Shown in pieces: positions 8,469-18,163 of a stretch of 58,300 nt of DNA (its first letter is position 1; each line of letters starts with the position of its first letter). A program made the translations under genes and the position numbers. This DNA is from Salinimicrobium sp. GTDB lineage: Bacteria > Bacteroidota > Bacteroidia > Flavobacteriales > Flavobacteriaceae. The stretch lies in NCBI GenBank assembly GCA_049687495.1, contig JBAVJB010000068.1:1-58300 (forward strand), in the 5' to 3' direction. The notes under the pieces were generated by a model. It did not search any database and was not told where the DNA came from. It saw nothing but the letters and a program-made list of their open reading frames with translations.

Positions 8469-10829
8469 CTAGAACCTAAGGGTTAATCCCGCCAGGAAAT
8501 TGGTGGTCGCCTGCGGGTAATATCCTGCGCCGTCATAGGTCGCTCCTTCCCAATCATAGGTGTAGTAGTAACCGTTAGAGACGTATTCTTCTCCAAAAAT
8601 GTTATTTACCAGCCCGGTTAGCACCACCTCTTCGAAAAGCGGCGCATTTTTCCAGGTGTATTGCACGTTAAAATCTGTGACAAAGTAGCTGTCCAGCTTT
8701 GAATTTTGATTTTCCAGGTTGCTCATGTATTGTTCGCCAACATACTTGGAAAGCAGCTTCAATTCCAGGTTTTCAACAGGACGGTATTCAATTATGTTGC
8801 CCGCGACTATTTCGGGAGAGTAGGAAATATCGGTTTTTCCATAGTTCACCAGTTCGCCGTTCCAGGAAGCGATCCAGTCTTTGTTCTTGTTGCTGCTCAA
8901 AGCCAGGTTTGGCCTCCAGTTGAATTTCTTGCCAATGGCCAGATTGGCATCAACCTCAAGTCCCAGCCTGTAACTGTTCCCACTGTTTGTCCTTATTGGG
9001 GAACCAACATCGTTAAGTTCTCCTGTCAACACCAGCTGATTCTGATAATCCATGTAATAAACATTGGTGTTTAAAATGAGTTTTTCTGAAGCAAATCTCC
9101 AGCCCAGCTCAAAGTCGTTAAGCTGCTCGGGCTCGGGGTTTCCATTCTGGTAATCCACGCGGTTGGGCTCACGATTGGCACGGGCATAGGAGAAATAAAG
9201 CTGGTTGGTTTCAGAAAATTCATAGGTCAAACCAGCCTTCGGATTAAAAAAGGTGTTGGTATCATCAACAATGAAAGGCACCTCTTCCTCCTCTACGCCG
9301 TCAACCTCATAATGGATCCTTCTCAACTGAAGGTCCCCGTAGAGAGACAGATTTTCAGAAACCGCCACGGTGGCTTTTCCGAAGATATTGAAATCACTCT
9401 TTTTAGACTGATTGAAATAGTAACGCTGCAAAGGTTCATCTAATGGGGCAAACTTTGCCCAAACAATGTCGCCGAAGTGGTCGCCTTCATAGTTATTCCA
9501 GCCACCGCCAAGGATGATCTCCTTCTGCTCATCTTCATATTCCACGTTGAAAGTTGCGCCGTAGAAATCGTTGTCCAGCCACTTTCTATTCACAAGATCT
9601 GTAGTAGTGATCTCTTCTCCTTCCGCAGTGAAATTAGGAAGACCGTAGGCCGCCAGGTCCTCATCTTCACGGTAAGACTCGTAAAAGCCCCTGCCGTAGG
9701 TGTAATGCAGGGCAAGGTTTGAAGCCCAGCCGCCGTCATAGTCGTGGTTCCAGAGCAACTGAAAGTGGTCCTGCTTATAATTGTCTGTATGGTTGTCGTA
9801 AAACTTCAGGTTGCCGTTCTCCTCGGTATATGCTCCGGAAGGGTTGAACCTGCGGTCTTCTTTGAGCTGATCTGCATCAATACCATCCCAGGCCTGGTAG
9901 GTAACCTCACTTCCTCCGAAGGTGAGTGCTTTGATAAGCGTCCTATCGTCAATATAGGTGCCCTGGAAAAAGTAAGATTTCAGGTCGGTTGAGGCCCGGT
10001 TGATGTAACCGTCACTCTTGAGCAAAGATGCCCGCCCGGCAAATTCCCAGTGTTTGTTGAAAAGGCCTGTGCTAAATTTCACCGTATGCTTGTGCGTGTT
10101 ATAAGACCCAAAGCTGTTAGCTACCTCTGCCGAAGGTTCTATGTTGTAGCGATCGGTAAGAATATTAAGGCTGGCGCCAAAAGCACCCGCACCGTTCGTC
10201 GAAGTCCCAACGCCCCGCTGAAGCTGCAGGTTTTCAACTGAAGAAGCGAAATCCCCCAGGTTTACCCAAAAGGTGCCCTGGCTCTCGGCATCGTTGTACG
10301 GCACACCGTTGATGGTCACATTTACGCGGGTTGCATCGCTCCCGCGCACGCGAATCCCGGTATAGCCAATTCCTGCTCCCGCATCACTGGTAGTCACCAC
10401 AGAGGGCATGTACTGCATCAACGAGGGAATATCCTGTCCCAGGTTGCGGTCTTCGATCTCCTCGTTAGAGAGGTTGCTGTAAGTAATAGGAGAATCTGCC
10501 GAAACCCGCACTGCAGAAAGGAACACCTCATCAAGGGTTTCCTCGGCGTCGCTCATATCCACATTAAGGACGGTGTCCTGAGTAAGCTCCAGGGCCACGG
10601 TTTTTTTATTTCCGTAGGAAAAGATGAGGGTATAGCTGCCCTGTTCAAGTTCGAGGGAATATCTCCCGCGCTCGTTGGTGACGGTGCCTTTTGTCACACC
10701 TTCCACCCGTACGATGGCATTGGCGAGCGGAATCTCCCCATCGGTCACTGTTCCCGAAACCCGGTATTCCTGAGCAATACCGGTCACTGAGACCAAAAAA
10801 AGGTTGAAGAAAAAGAATAGAATTTTCAT
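8469..10829 (-). CDS. TonB-dependent receptor, probably for thiamine or a precursor
   Basis: signal peptide, carboxypeptidase-regulatory-like N domain, plug motif IRVRGSDATRVNVTINGVP, C-terminal LRF; TPP riboswitch upstream. Confidence 0.9.
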   Translation of the reverse strand: MKILFFFFNLFLVSVTGIAQEYRVSGTVTDGEIPLANAIVRVEGVTKGTVTNERGRYSLELEQGSYTLIFSYGNKKTVALELTQDTVLNVDMSDAEETLDEVFLSAVRVSADSPITYSNLSNEEIEDRNLGQDIPSLMQYMPSVVTTSDAGAGIGYTGIRVRGSDATRVNVTINGVPYNDAESQGTFWVNLGDFASSVENLQLQRGVGTSTNGAGAFGASLNILTDRYNIEPSAEVANSFGSYNTHKHTVKFSTGLFNKHWEFAGRASLLKSDGYINRASTDLKSYFFQGTYIDDRTLIKALTFGGSEVTYQAWDGIDADQLKEDRRFNPSGAYTEENGNLKFYDNHTDNYKQDHFQLLWNHDYDGGWASNLALHYTYGRGFYESYREDEDLAAYGLPNFTAEGEEITTTDLVNRKWLDNDFYGATFNVEYEDEQKEIILGGGWNNYEGDHFGDIVWAKFAPLDEPLQRYYFNQSKKSDFNIFGKATVAVSENLSLYGDLQLRRIHYEVDGVEEEEVPFIVDDTNTFFNPKAGLTYEFSETNQLYFSYARANREPNRVDYQNGNPEPEQLNDFELGWRFASEKLILNTNVYYMDYQNQLVLTGELNDVGSPIRTNSGNSYRLGLEVDANLAIGKKFNWRPNLALSSNKNKDWIASWNGELVNYGKTDISYSPEIVAGNIIEYRPVENLELKLLSKYVGEQYMSNLENQNSKLDSYFVTDFNVQYTWKNAPLFEEVVLTGLVNNIFGEEYVSNGYYYTYDWEGATYDGAGYYPQATTNFLAGLTLRF

Positions 10830-10885
10830 TCGTAAGTCAAAGTTTTACGAATAAAAGGGGTAATTATTCTCGTTGTTTAATTGAT

Positions 10886-10932
10886 AAAAAAAATCCTGAG
10901 AACCATTCATTTTCAGAGAACGGTTTTCAGGA
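10886..10932 (-). terminator. intrinsic terminator in the TPP leader (riboswitch expression platform)
   Basis: TCCTGAAAACCGTTC / GAATGGTTCTCAGGA stem followed by T8 on the minus strand, between aptamer and start codon. Confidence 0.75.
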
Positions 10933-10956
10933 GTGCGATACTTGCGCTTTACGCGC

Positions 10957-11040
10957 TGTCCCTTGGCAGCATTACCCGCCCAGGTTCTTTGGGTATGATC
11001 TCAGCTTTCTCCCGCACTTGCAGAAGTAGGCACCCCTTTG
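10957..11040 (-). ncRNA. TPP (thiamine pyrophosphate) riboswitch aptamer
   Basis: minus strand reads GGGGTGC...GCTGAGATCATACCCAAAGAACCTGGGCGGGTAATGCTGCCAAGGGA, matching the conserved GCUGAGA, AUACCC, GAACCUG, UAAU and AGGGA blocks. Confidence 0.95.
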
Positions 11041-11048
11041 AGACGGCG

Positions 11049-11056
11049 CAAATGTA
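11049..11056 (-). promoter_or_regulatory. Bacteroidota -7 promoter element for the TPP leader
   Basis: TACATTTG (TAnnTTTG) immediately upstream of the aptamer. Confidence 0.7.
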
Positions 11057-11133
11057 AAAAAGGATTTTCGATTTAACCTAATTTTTCGGGCTTTCGTACA
11101 AAAAGCTTTTAAATTTATCCCTTTCAGCAGGTT

Positions 11134-13545
11134 ATGAACAAAAAGAGATCATCACTCACCTTTACCGTATTCGCGGGTTACCTTCTGCTGGCTACTCTTG
11201 GCGGACTTGCAGTATGGTTTGTTTATGAACAGGTGATCTCCTACACCGACATGACCGACCGCAATAAGGCGGGCAACCAAAAACTGCTGCTGGTGGGAGA
11301 GGCAGCCACTAAACTTTATGAGGCAGAAAGCCTTAGCCGGCAGCTCATTCAGAACAGTGACCTTGACGGGCTTTCCAAGTACACCGCACAAATTGATAGC
11401 ATAAAATCCTTGTTAGGCAGCCTGCAGGATTTTGAGCAGGGCAGTTTTCTTGACCGCGAGATCGACAGCATTGACCTGCTGCTCTCAAAAAAATCTCAAA
11501 ACCTTGAAGAACTGCTTGAGCTAAGGGCATCGGGAGAGACTGAAAGTTACTATTCCCGGGTCTTAAATGAGCTGCAAAAGGTTGATGAAACCTTTGAAGA
11601 ACCTAATTACGAACAGCGATTTAAAGATCTGCAACCACACCAGCGAAGATTGCTGGTGCGGCTGCTGGATTATGCAAAAGTCGAAAATCCCGAGCCTGCC
11701 AATATTACTGTAGATTCCCTGGTGACATCGGTAAAGCAGGTATTGAACCAGCTGGAAGTACAGGATCGCAGCTACAGGCAACAACTTCGGTCGCAGGAAA
11801 ACCAGTTGCTCGATAACGAGATCAAGCTAAATAACCGGCTAAGGGTGCTACTCTCTGCCATTGAAGCCGATGAAAGAAACGCCTCTTTGGAGCAGGTAGA
11901 AAACTGGCAGGATACGGTACAGCAAACCTCGCAGATAATTGCCATTTTAGGGGCTATAAGTTTACTAGTCATTATGACCTTTGTGTTCCTGGTAATAAGG
12001 GATGTTTCCAGGAGTCAACAATACCGCAGGGAACTGGAAGACGCCAAGACCTATGCCGAATCTTTGCTTAAAAGCAGAGAGCAATTTATGAACACCGTTA
12101 CTCATGACCTGCGCTCTCCGCTTAACTCTGTCGTTGGGTACACCGGATTACTCGAAAAGACCAACCTAAGCAAATCACAAAACCGTTACCTGGACCAGCT
12201 TAAAAGGTCTTCAGATTACCTGCTACACCTGGTGAATGACCTGCTGGACCTGTCGCGCCTGGAAGCCGGAAAAATGTCAATCGATGAACTGACCTTTAAT
12301 CCGAAGCACCTCATCCAAGAAACCGTGGAAAATGCCATTCCGCCGGAAAAACCTGAAGAGGTAGCAGTTCGTATTGAGATTGATGAGGAGCTGGACCAGC
12401 CCATGATCACAGATCCTTTCCGCATTAAGCAGGTGCTAACAAATCTTGTAAGCAACTCCTGCAAGTTCACCGAAGAAGGTTTTGTGGAAGTACGGGCATG
12501 GCTGGAGAAAAAAGAAGGGCAGCAGTACCTGGAAATGCAGGTAAAAGACACCGGAATAGGCATTTCAAAAGAGCAAAAAGAAAAAGTGTTCGAGGAGTTC
12601 TCCCAGGAAAATTCCTCTATTGAAAAGCGCTACGGCGGCTCTGGGCTTGGCCTGGCCATTAGCAAAAAGATCGTGAGCCTGCTCAAAGGAAACATCAGCC
12701 TGGAAAGCGAACCCGGCAAGGGCAGTACTTTCCTGGTGGAAATTCCTGTTAGGATGACTGCAGGAAAATTGGAGGGGACAGTTGTTTCCGAAGAAAAAAT
12801 TCAGCAAGATCTAAGCAAATACAAGATCCTGCTGGTCGATGACGAGCCGGCACAGCTGGGGCTGCTTAGGGAATTTGTCAAGACCACCGGCATGGTTTCA
12901 TTTTCTGCAGGAAATGGGACAGAAGCCTTAAAAAAACTGGAACAGGAGGACGTGGACCTGGTGCTTACCGATATTCAGATGCCCGACATGGATGGGCTAC
13001 AGCTACTAAACCATATGCAACAGAAATATCCTGATATCCCGGTGATTGCCCTCTCGGGCCAACCAAATGTTACTCCTGCAGACTATTTAAAAAAGGGATT
13101 TAGCGGCAGCCTTATGAAACCCTACTCTTCGAGGCAGCTTATCGAATTGATCGAAGGCGTGCTGGAAGTGCAGCTGCAAAGGCAGCAGCAGGAAAACTCC
13201 GCAATACTGGATGAGGAAAAGGGCTACACCTTATCTGAGATCAAGAATTTCGCGGGAGATGACGAGGAGGCTCTAAGCGCGATTTTATCGGCTTTTATTG
13301 AAAGTACAGGCTCGGGCATGCAGGCGCTCGAACTGGCGTATCAAAAAGGGCAAAAAGAAAGGGTCTCTGCCATAGCACATAAGATGTTGCCCATGTTCAG
13401 ACAGCTGCGGGCAGATCATCTGGTTGGCCTGCTCAAAAAGCTGGAGGACCAAAAAACAGAGGAGATCTCTTCCGAAGATATTCAGTTTCTAAAGAAAGAA
13501 ATTGGGCAATTGCTAGGAAAGCTACAGCAGGAGATCAAAGTTTGA
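11134..13545 (+). CDS. hybrid sensor histidine kinase (HisKA, HATPase, receiver, Hpt)
   Basis: THDLRSPL H-box, NLVSNSCKFT, GSGLGLAI, receiver LLVDD/TDIQMPDMDG, C-terminal AHKMLP Hpt-like motif. Confidence 0.93.
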   Translation: MNKKRSSLTFTVFAGYLLLATLGGLAVWFVYEQVISYTDMTDRNKAGNQKLLLVGEAATKLYEAESLSRQLIQNSDLDGLSKYTAQIDSIKSLLGSLQDFEQGSFLDREIDSIDLLLSKKSQNLEELLELRASGETESYYSRVLNELQKVDETFEEPNYEQRFKDLQPHQRRLLVRLLDYAKVENPEPANITVDSLVTSVKQVLNQLEVQDRSYRQQLRSQENQLLDNEIKLNNRLRVLLSAIEADERNASLEQVENWQDTVQQTSQIIAILGAISLLVIMTFVFLVIRDVSRSQQYRRELEDAKTYAESLLKSREQFMNTVTHDLRSPLNSVVGYTGLLEKTNLSKSQNRYLDQLKRSSDYLLHLVNDLLDLSRLEAGKMSIDELTFNPKHLIQETVENAIPPEKPEEVAVRIEIDEELDQPMITDPFRIKQVLTNLVSNSCKFTEEGFVEVRAWLEKKEGQQYLEMQVKDTGIGISKEQKEKVFEEFSQENSSIEKRYGGSGLGLAISKKIVSLLKGNISLESEPGKGSTFLVEIPVRMTAGKLEGTVVSEEKIQQDLSKYKILLVDDEPAQLGLLREFVKTTGMVSFSAGNGTEALKKLEQEDVDLVLTDIQMPDMDGLQLLNHMQQKYPDIPVIALSGQPNVTPADYLKKGFSGSLMKPYSSRQLIELIEGVLEVQLQRQQQENSAILDEEKGYTLSEIKNFAGDDEEALSAILSAFIESTGSGMQALELAYQKGQKERVSAIAHKMLPMFRQLRADHLVGLLKKLEDQKTEEISSEDIQFLKKEIGQLLGKLQQEIKV

Positions 13546-14893
13546 TCCCGTACTGCTTCAGTTTATTATATAAGGTCTTACGGTCAATGGAAAGCAATCG
13601 CGCGGCTTTGCTCTTGTTGCCTTTAGATTTTTCAAGCGCATCTAGTATGAGCTCCTCCTCGTTCTTGTTCTTGAAAAGACTGTAAGACGGCTGGTCTTCT
13701 TCATTTTTGGAAGACGAAAGAATTTCTGATGGCAACACCGCAGCGGGAATGCTGTCATCATTGGTAAGCAGTACGCTTCTTTTCACCACATTTTTAAGCT
13801 CGCGCAGGTTTCCCGGCCAGTGATAGGCTTTAAATGCTGCCACGGCATCATCGTCAAAACCCGCAATGTCTTTTTCCAGCTCGTCATTGGCGCTGTCAAG
13901 AAAATAATTGGCAAAGATCATGAGATCGTCCTGCCGAGCCTTAAGCGGCGGCACTTTGATAGAAAATTCGTTCAGCCTGTGGTAAAGGTCTTCTCTAAAA
14001 TCCCCTTTTTGAACCAGCTCAAAAAGGTCTTCATTCGTCGCGGCGATCACGCGAATGTCCACCCGTATCTCATCATTGCTGCCCACGGGTTTCACCTTTC
14101 TCTCCTGCAATGCTCTTAACAGCTGCACCTGCAGCTCATAATTAAGGTTTCCAATTTCATCCAGGAAAAGAGTTCCGCCGTTTGCTGCTTCAAAATGCCC
14201 GGTCTTGTTGGTCACAGCTCCCGTAAAAGAGCCTTTTACGTGGCCAAAAAATTCACTGGAAGCAAGTTCTTTAGGAATAGCCCCACAATCTACCGCGATA
14301 AATGGCGCACTATTCCTCTTGCTTTTATCGTGTATACTTTTTGCGATCTGTTCCTTCCCGGTACCGCTCTCCCCCATGATCAAAACGGACATGTTGGTAG
14401 GCGCGACCAGGTCTATATAGTTGTTGAGCTTTTCTGAAGCCTCACTTACTCCTTTTATAAATGTACTTCCGGAAGTTGGCTTTTTGGGAGTTGCTTTTGG
14501 TTTAGGTTTACTTACAGCCGGTGACGGAGCAGGCTCATGTGCGAGCGCGTCGTTGATGCCTTTAAGGATCACTTCGGGATGAAAAGGTTTGGCGATATAA
14601 TCCAGCGCTCCTTCCTTGATCGCGTTGACGGCCATACTTATTTCGGCATAACTGGTCATCATGATCACCCCGGTTTGAGGATTTTTCTCCTTCACCGCCC
14701 TGAGCACCTCGAGTCCTTCCTTATCGGGCAGGCGAACATCTGAGATCACCACATCATAAACATTCTGGGATACCTGGCTCAAAGCTTCTGTTGCAGTATA
14801 TACCGCATCAACCTCAAAATCTTTCTTACTAAGAAAGGTTTTGAGCATGGTGCAGAACGCCACATCGTCTTCAACTAAAAGTATTTTGGCCAT
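13535..14893 (-). CDS. sigma-54-dependent response regulator (NtrC/ZraR-type enhancer-binding protein)
   Basis: receiver domain, GESGTGKE Walker A, GSFTGA loop, LFLDEIG, WPGNLREL, Fis-type HTH. Confidence 0.95.
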   Translation of the reverse strand: MAKILLVEDDVAFCTMLKTFLSKKDFEVDAVYTATEALSQVSQNVYDVVISDVRLPDKEGLEVLRAVKEKNPQTGVIMMTSYAEISMAVNAIKEGALDYIAKPFHPEVILKGINDALAHEPAPSPAVSKPKPKATPKKPTSGSTFIKGVSEASEKLNNYIDLVAPTNMSVLIMGESGTGKEQIAKSIHDKSKRNSAPFIAVDCGAIPKELASSEFFGHVKGSFTGAVTNKTGHFEAANGGTLFLDEIGNLNYELQVQLLRALQERKVKPVGSNDEIRVDIRVIAATNEDLFELVQKGDFREDLYHRLNEFSIKVPPLKARQDDLMIFANYFLDSANDELEKDIAGFDDDAVAAFKAYHWPGNLRELKNVVKRSVLLTNDDSIPAAVLPSEILSSSKNEEDQPSYSLFKNKNEEELILDALEKSKGNKSKAARLLSIDRKTLYNKLKQYGIKL

Positions 14894-14956
14894 AACAGAT
14901 TTTGATATTCACAAAATTAGGGCTTTATCCCCCTGCAAAACCAAAAATAAGCATAA

Positions 14957-14984
14957 AAAAAGGAGCTTAAAAAAGCTCCTTTTC
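14957..14984 (-). terminator. intrinsic terminator downstream of the 15101-15439 gene
   Basis: AAAAGGAGCTT/AAGCTCCTTTT inverted repeat with A/T tracts. Confidence 0.7.
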
Positions 14985-15100
14985 TTCCCTTTTTATGGGA
15001 TGGTTTAATCTCCGTTTTACAGCAGGCCGTGAAATTTTAACACATGTCCCTTCGGCAGCTGCCACCTGGAGTCGGTCTCTCCATCACCGGTGGTTAGTGG

Positions 15101-15439
15101 TTACTGCTGATCCTGGTCTTCGTCGATCCAGTTACCCTGAGCATCTGCGTAAAGCTCCTGCTCCTGGCCTTCAGCTGTTTTCACAACCAATTTGAATTTT
15201 TGCTCCCCTTCCTGTTCCTTAACATAAGCTTCAGAAATTACGGCACCCGAGAAGTCACGTTCTACAGACTGCTGTACTTCTGCAGGAAGTTCAGCGATCT
15301 CGATCTGGCGGTATTCTGAAGTTTGCTGTGCCTGTGCTTCAACAGTTACTTGCTCCTGTTCAGCTTCCTGAGCTGAAAGATTTTGAGCTGAAAATAACAT
15401 TGCTGATGCGGCTACTACTGATAAACATATCTTTTTCAT
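15101..15439 (-). CDS. small secreted acidic protein (PepSY-like/BLIP-like)
   Basis: Sec signal peptide; ELPAEVQQSV..F.GA.ISEAY...LYADAQGNWI pattern. Confidence 0.7.
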   Translation of the reverse strand: MKKICLSVVAASAMLFSAQNLSAQEAEQEQVTVEAQAQQTSEYRQIEIAELPAEVQQSVERDFSGAVISEAYVKEQEGEQKFKLVVKTAEGQEQELYADAQGNWIDEDQDQQ

Positions 15440-15484
15440 AATTCAAGTTTTTTAAGTTTTGTTCTTATTGATTTGTTAGTACTA

Positions 15485-15501
15485 TAGAAAAATGTGTGCC
15501 C
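15485..15501 (-). promoter_or_regulatory. candidate sigma-54 (-24/-12) promoter
   Basis: GGGCACACATTTTTCTA on the minus strand (GG-N10-TC variant) about 45 bp upstream of the gene next to a sigma-54 activator. Confidence 0.5.
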
Positions 15502-15637
15502 TTTTATAAAAATGACGAAAGCCCCTGGAAATGGGGCCTTTAGCTGAGAATGACATTTTATAAAATACTGGGGAAGTGTGAAAATTCTACAGAAATATGT
15601 AGAAAAACTCCTCAGAATTGCCTGATGATTATTTTTT

Positions 15638-16042
15638 TCACTCTTTTAAGGGATCTTTTCTTGCAGCCTTCTTTTCTGAATTCATTTTCTTTTTCTTAAG
15701 TCGCTTCATTTTTGCCCTTTTTGGAACCTTAGTTTTCTTCCTGGGCTTGGGCTTGATCAACGCCTGCTTAAGTTGCTCGAGCAAACGTTGAGTGACGATC
15801 TCTTTGTTCTTGTGCTGGCTACGGCTTTCCTCGCACTGCAGCACCAATTCTTCAGCATTGGTAAGTTTGCTGCCCAGCTTGTTAAGCAGGCGCTGTTTTT
15901 CTTCTTCGGAAAATGCTTCGGAAGCAGGTAAATTAAAGTGCAGCTCGACCTTGGTGGCTACCTTGTTCACATTCTGCCCGCCCGCACCAGAACTGCGGAC
16001 GGCTTTGTAGTCGATTTCCTGTAAGATCTTTTGTTCGTCCAA
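15638..16042 (-). CDS. arfB: alternative ribosome rescue peptidyl-tRNA hydrolase ArfB
   Basis: RSSGAGGQNVNKV (GGQ) motif, basic C-terminal tail; TTG start. Confidence 0.95.
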   Translation of the reverse strand: MDEQKILQEIDYKAVRSSGAGGQNVNKVATKVELHFNLPASEAFSEEEKQRLLNKLGSKLTNAEELVLQCEESRSQHKNKEIVTQRLLEQLKQALIKPKPRKKTKVPKRAKMKRLKKKKMNSEKKAARKDPLKE

Positions 16043-16044
16043 AA

Positions 16045-17595
16045 CTACTTCACCTGGTGAGTTGGCTTCAGCAGATCGGCTACTGTTTTTACCGGATTAA
16101 AGGTTTCTACCGGCACTTCCACGAAAATGGAGATCCAGTGCGCCATTGCGCCGTTCCAGAGACCGGGAAGTTCTAACGCCTTTAGGTCTTTACCGTCTTT
16201 TGTTTTGTTCGCGATAAAGAAGGTGTCCTTATCTACATATTGCTGCAGGTCGAATTTTTCTCCTTTGTAATTTTTAAATGCACAAACCACATCTACCGGA
16301 TTAAAATGAGTGGCTTCCTGTGCGATCTTGCTTTGCTGGTAGTTATCGTGGTCAATTTGAGAGCTCTCGACGATCTGCAGGGAGATCTCGCCGTTTTCAT
16401 GTTTTACCCAGAATGGTCCACCGCCGGGTTCGCCCTCGTTTTTGACCATTCCGCAGACCCTGATAGGCCTGTTGAATTGCTTTTTTAAAGCCTCTATTTT
16501 TTCCCCTTTTTGAAGCTCCTCAAAATTGATGCTTAAACCGGAGTTCAATTTCTTCTGAAGGAATTCAGCCATTTCGGCCAGCTCTTCTTCGGTAGGTTCT
16601 CCCTCCAGTTTTTTCAAACAGGAGAAGGTCTTTTCCTGCAGGTCAAGCAGTTCGCCGGCAAGCATTTTTTTATTTTCGGCTAAAGTCTGGCGATTTTTTG
16701 GGATCACCACATTATCGATGTTCTTTATGAAGATTAGATCGGCATCCTGATGGTTCAGGTTGTTGATCAATGCTCCATGCCCGCCGGGCCTAAAGAACAT
16801 GTTTCCTTTTTCATCCCTGAAGGGTTCATTTTCTTTGGTAACCGCGAGTGTATCGGTTTTTGGGTCCTGGTAAGAATAGGAGATCTGGAAGGTCACTCCC
16901 GTTTCTTTTTCCAGCTTGCTTTTTATTCTACGCGCTTCAGCTTCGAACTTTTCGTGATGCTCTTTTGAAACTGTGAAATGTATTCTCACTTTGTGCTTTG
17001 AGGCTGCATAATCTACAGCTTCTCTCAAGTGCTCTTCAAATGAGGTGGCCGATGAATCTTCATACCTGTGAAAAGGCACCAGGCCTTTTGGCTGCTCGCC
17101 AAGATTAAGCCCCTCTTCTTCCAGCATTGTCCTCACCAAGATGAGCTGCTGTTTATTTTCGGTAAGTCCATCAAAGTCCGGATGGTTCTTGTGAATTTGC
17201 TTTTGCACCTCCCCGTAAAAAGGAAGGTCTTTCATACGGGTGAAAAAAGACTCCAGCTTTGGGTCATTTTGCCGCTCAACATAATCGTTCACGCTCTCTT
17301 CCTGCGGATTATAATTCCGCACAAAATTGTAGAGCGCCTTGAACATTCTCGTAGCTGCTCCCGAGGCCGGAATGAATTTTAGAATATCCAACTCATCTCT
17401 TTTGCCGTCGTAAAGACTGATGAGCCGCTGCTTTTCTTCTTCGGAAAACTGCAGAATACCATTGCGCACCGTGGCAGCTTCAATTACATTTACGGCAACA
17501 TTTCCGCGTTTAAAGATTTCGATTTGCTCCTGAACTTTTGCAGGATTTATTCCTTTTTTCTCTATTTGAGAAAGATCTTTTTCACTTAAGCCCAA
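16045..17595 (-). CDS. DUF4301 family protein (nucleotidyltransferase-like)
   Basis: KFIPASGAATRMFK, FRPGGHGAL, FIKNIDNV, GEPGGGPFW, FNPVKTV motifs. Confidence 0.88.
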   Translation of the reverse strand: MGLSEKDLSQIEKKGINPAKVQEQIEIFKRGNVAVNVIEAATVRNGILQFSEEEKQRLISLYDGKRDELDILKFIPASGAATRMFKALYNFVRNYNPQEESVNDYVERQNDPKLESFFTRMKDLPFYGEVQKQIHKNHPDFDGLTENKQQLILVRTMLEEEGLNLGEQPKGLVPFHRYEDSSATSFEEHLREAVDYAASKHKVRIHFTVSKEHHEKFEAEARRIKSKLEKETGVTFQISYSYQDPKTDTLAVTKENEPFRDEKGNMFFRPGGHGALINNLNHQDADLIFIKNIDNVVIPKNRQTLAENKKMLAGELLDLQEKTFSCLKKLEGEPTEEELAEMAEFLQKKLNSGLSINFEELQKGEKIEALKKQFNRPIRVCGMVKNEGEPGGGPFWVKHENGEISLQIVESSQIDHDNYQQSKIAQEATHFNPVDVVCAFKNYKGEKFDLQQYVDKDTFFIANKTKDGKDLKALELPGLWNGAMAHWISIFVEVPVETFNPVKTVADLLKPTHQVK

Positions 17596-18163
17596 CTTCT
17601 TTACGTTTTATAAGTTCTTCAATTGTTTTCACAGCCGTTTGGAACCGCTCCTCATGGCTTCCCTTGAGGATGAGGTATGGCTTGTTGTACCGGTCTAAAG
17701 ATGCTTTGAATTTGGCGAACATAAGTTCCCGTTGATGGGGTCGGTCGCGCAAATCGTCTTCAACCCAGGGAACGTCAATATACGTTAAAAAATAGAGATC
17801 GTAATGAGCCTTTAACGCATGTTTAAGAAGTGTGGGATCACAGTTCCCGTCATAATAGGCCTGGGAATAGACCACTGTCTCCAGGAGATTGGTATCGCAA
17901 AAAAGCACTTTTTGAGCCTCTTCTGCCGCAGCATTTTCCAGCTGCATCTGCCCCTTTGCAATGGGCAGAATATCTTTAGGTTCACAGATCTTTTGCTCCT
18001 CATTCCACTTTTGCTGCAGGTAATCCCGGGAAAACTCCGGTACCCACCTGGTATTGAAATGAGCCGCCAGCTGCCGGGCGAGGGTGGTCTTCCCGGTCGA
18101 TTCGGGACCGAATAATACTATTTTCAGGAGGTCACGTGACCTTTGCTCAAGCTGTTCTTCCAT
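17582..18163 (-). CDS. NadR-type P-loop kinase domain protein (AAA_28), stand-alone
   Basis: GPESTGKTT Walker A, VPEFSR, FCDT, YDLYFLT..DVPW..D.LRD as in the NadR ribosylnicotinamide kinase domain. Confidence 0.85.
   Translation of the reverse strand: MEEQLEQRSRDLLKIVLFGPESTGKTTLARQLAAHFNTRWVPEFSRDYLQQKWNEEQKICEPKDILPIAKGQMQLENAAAEEAQKVLFCDTNLLETVVYSQAYYDGNCDPTLLKHALKAHYDLYFLTYIDVPWVEDDLRDRPHQRELMFAKFKASLDRYNKPYLILKGSHEERFQTAVKTIEELIKRKEVGLK

Noticed and set aside
15503..15561. Partial matches to the palindrome (AAAAATGAC near 15507, AATGACATTTT near 15549; also near 31907 and 41433)
   Set aside because: Three or more mismatches and no characteristic flank; could be chance in AT-rich DNA.
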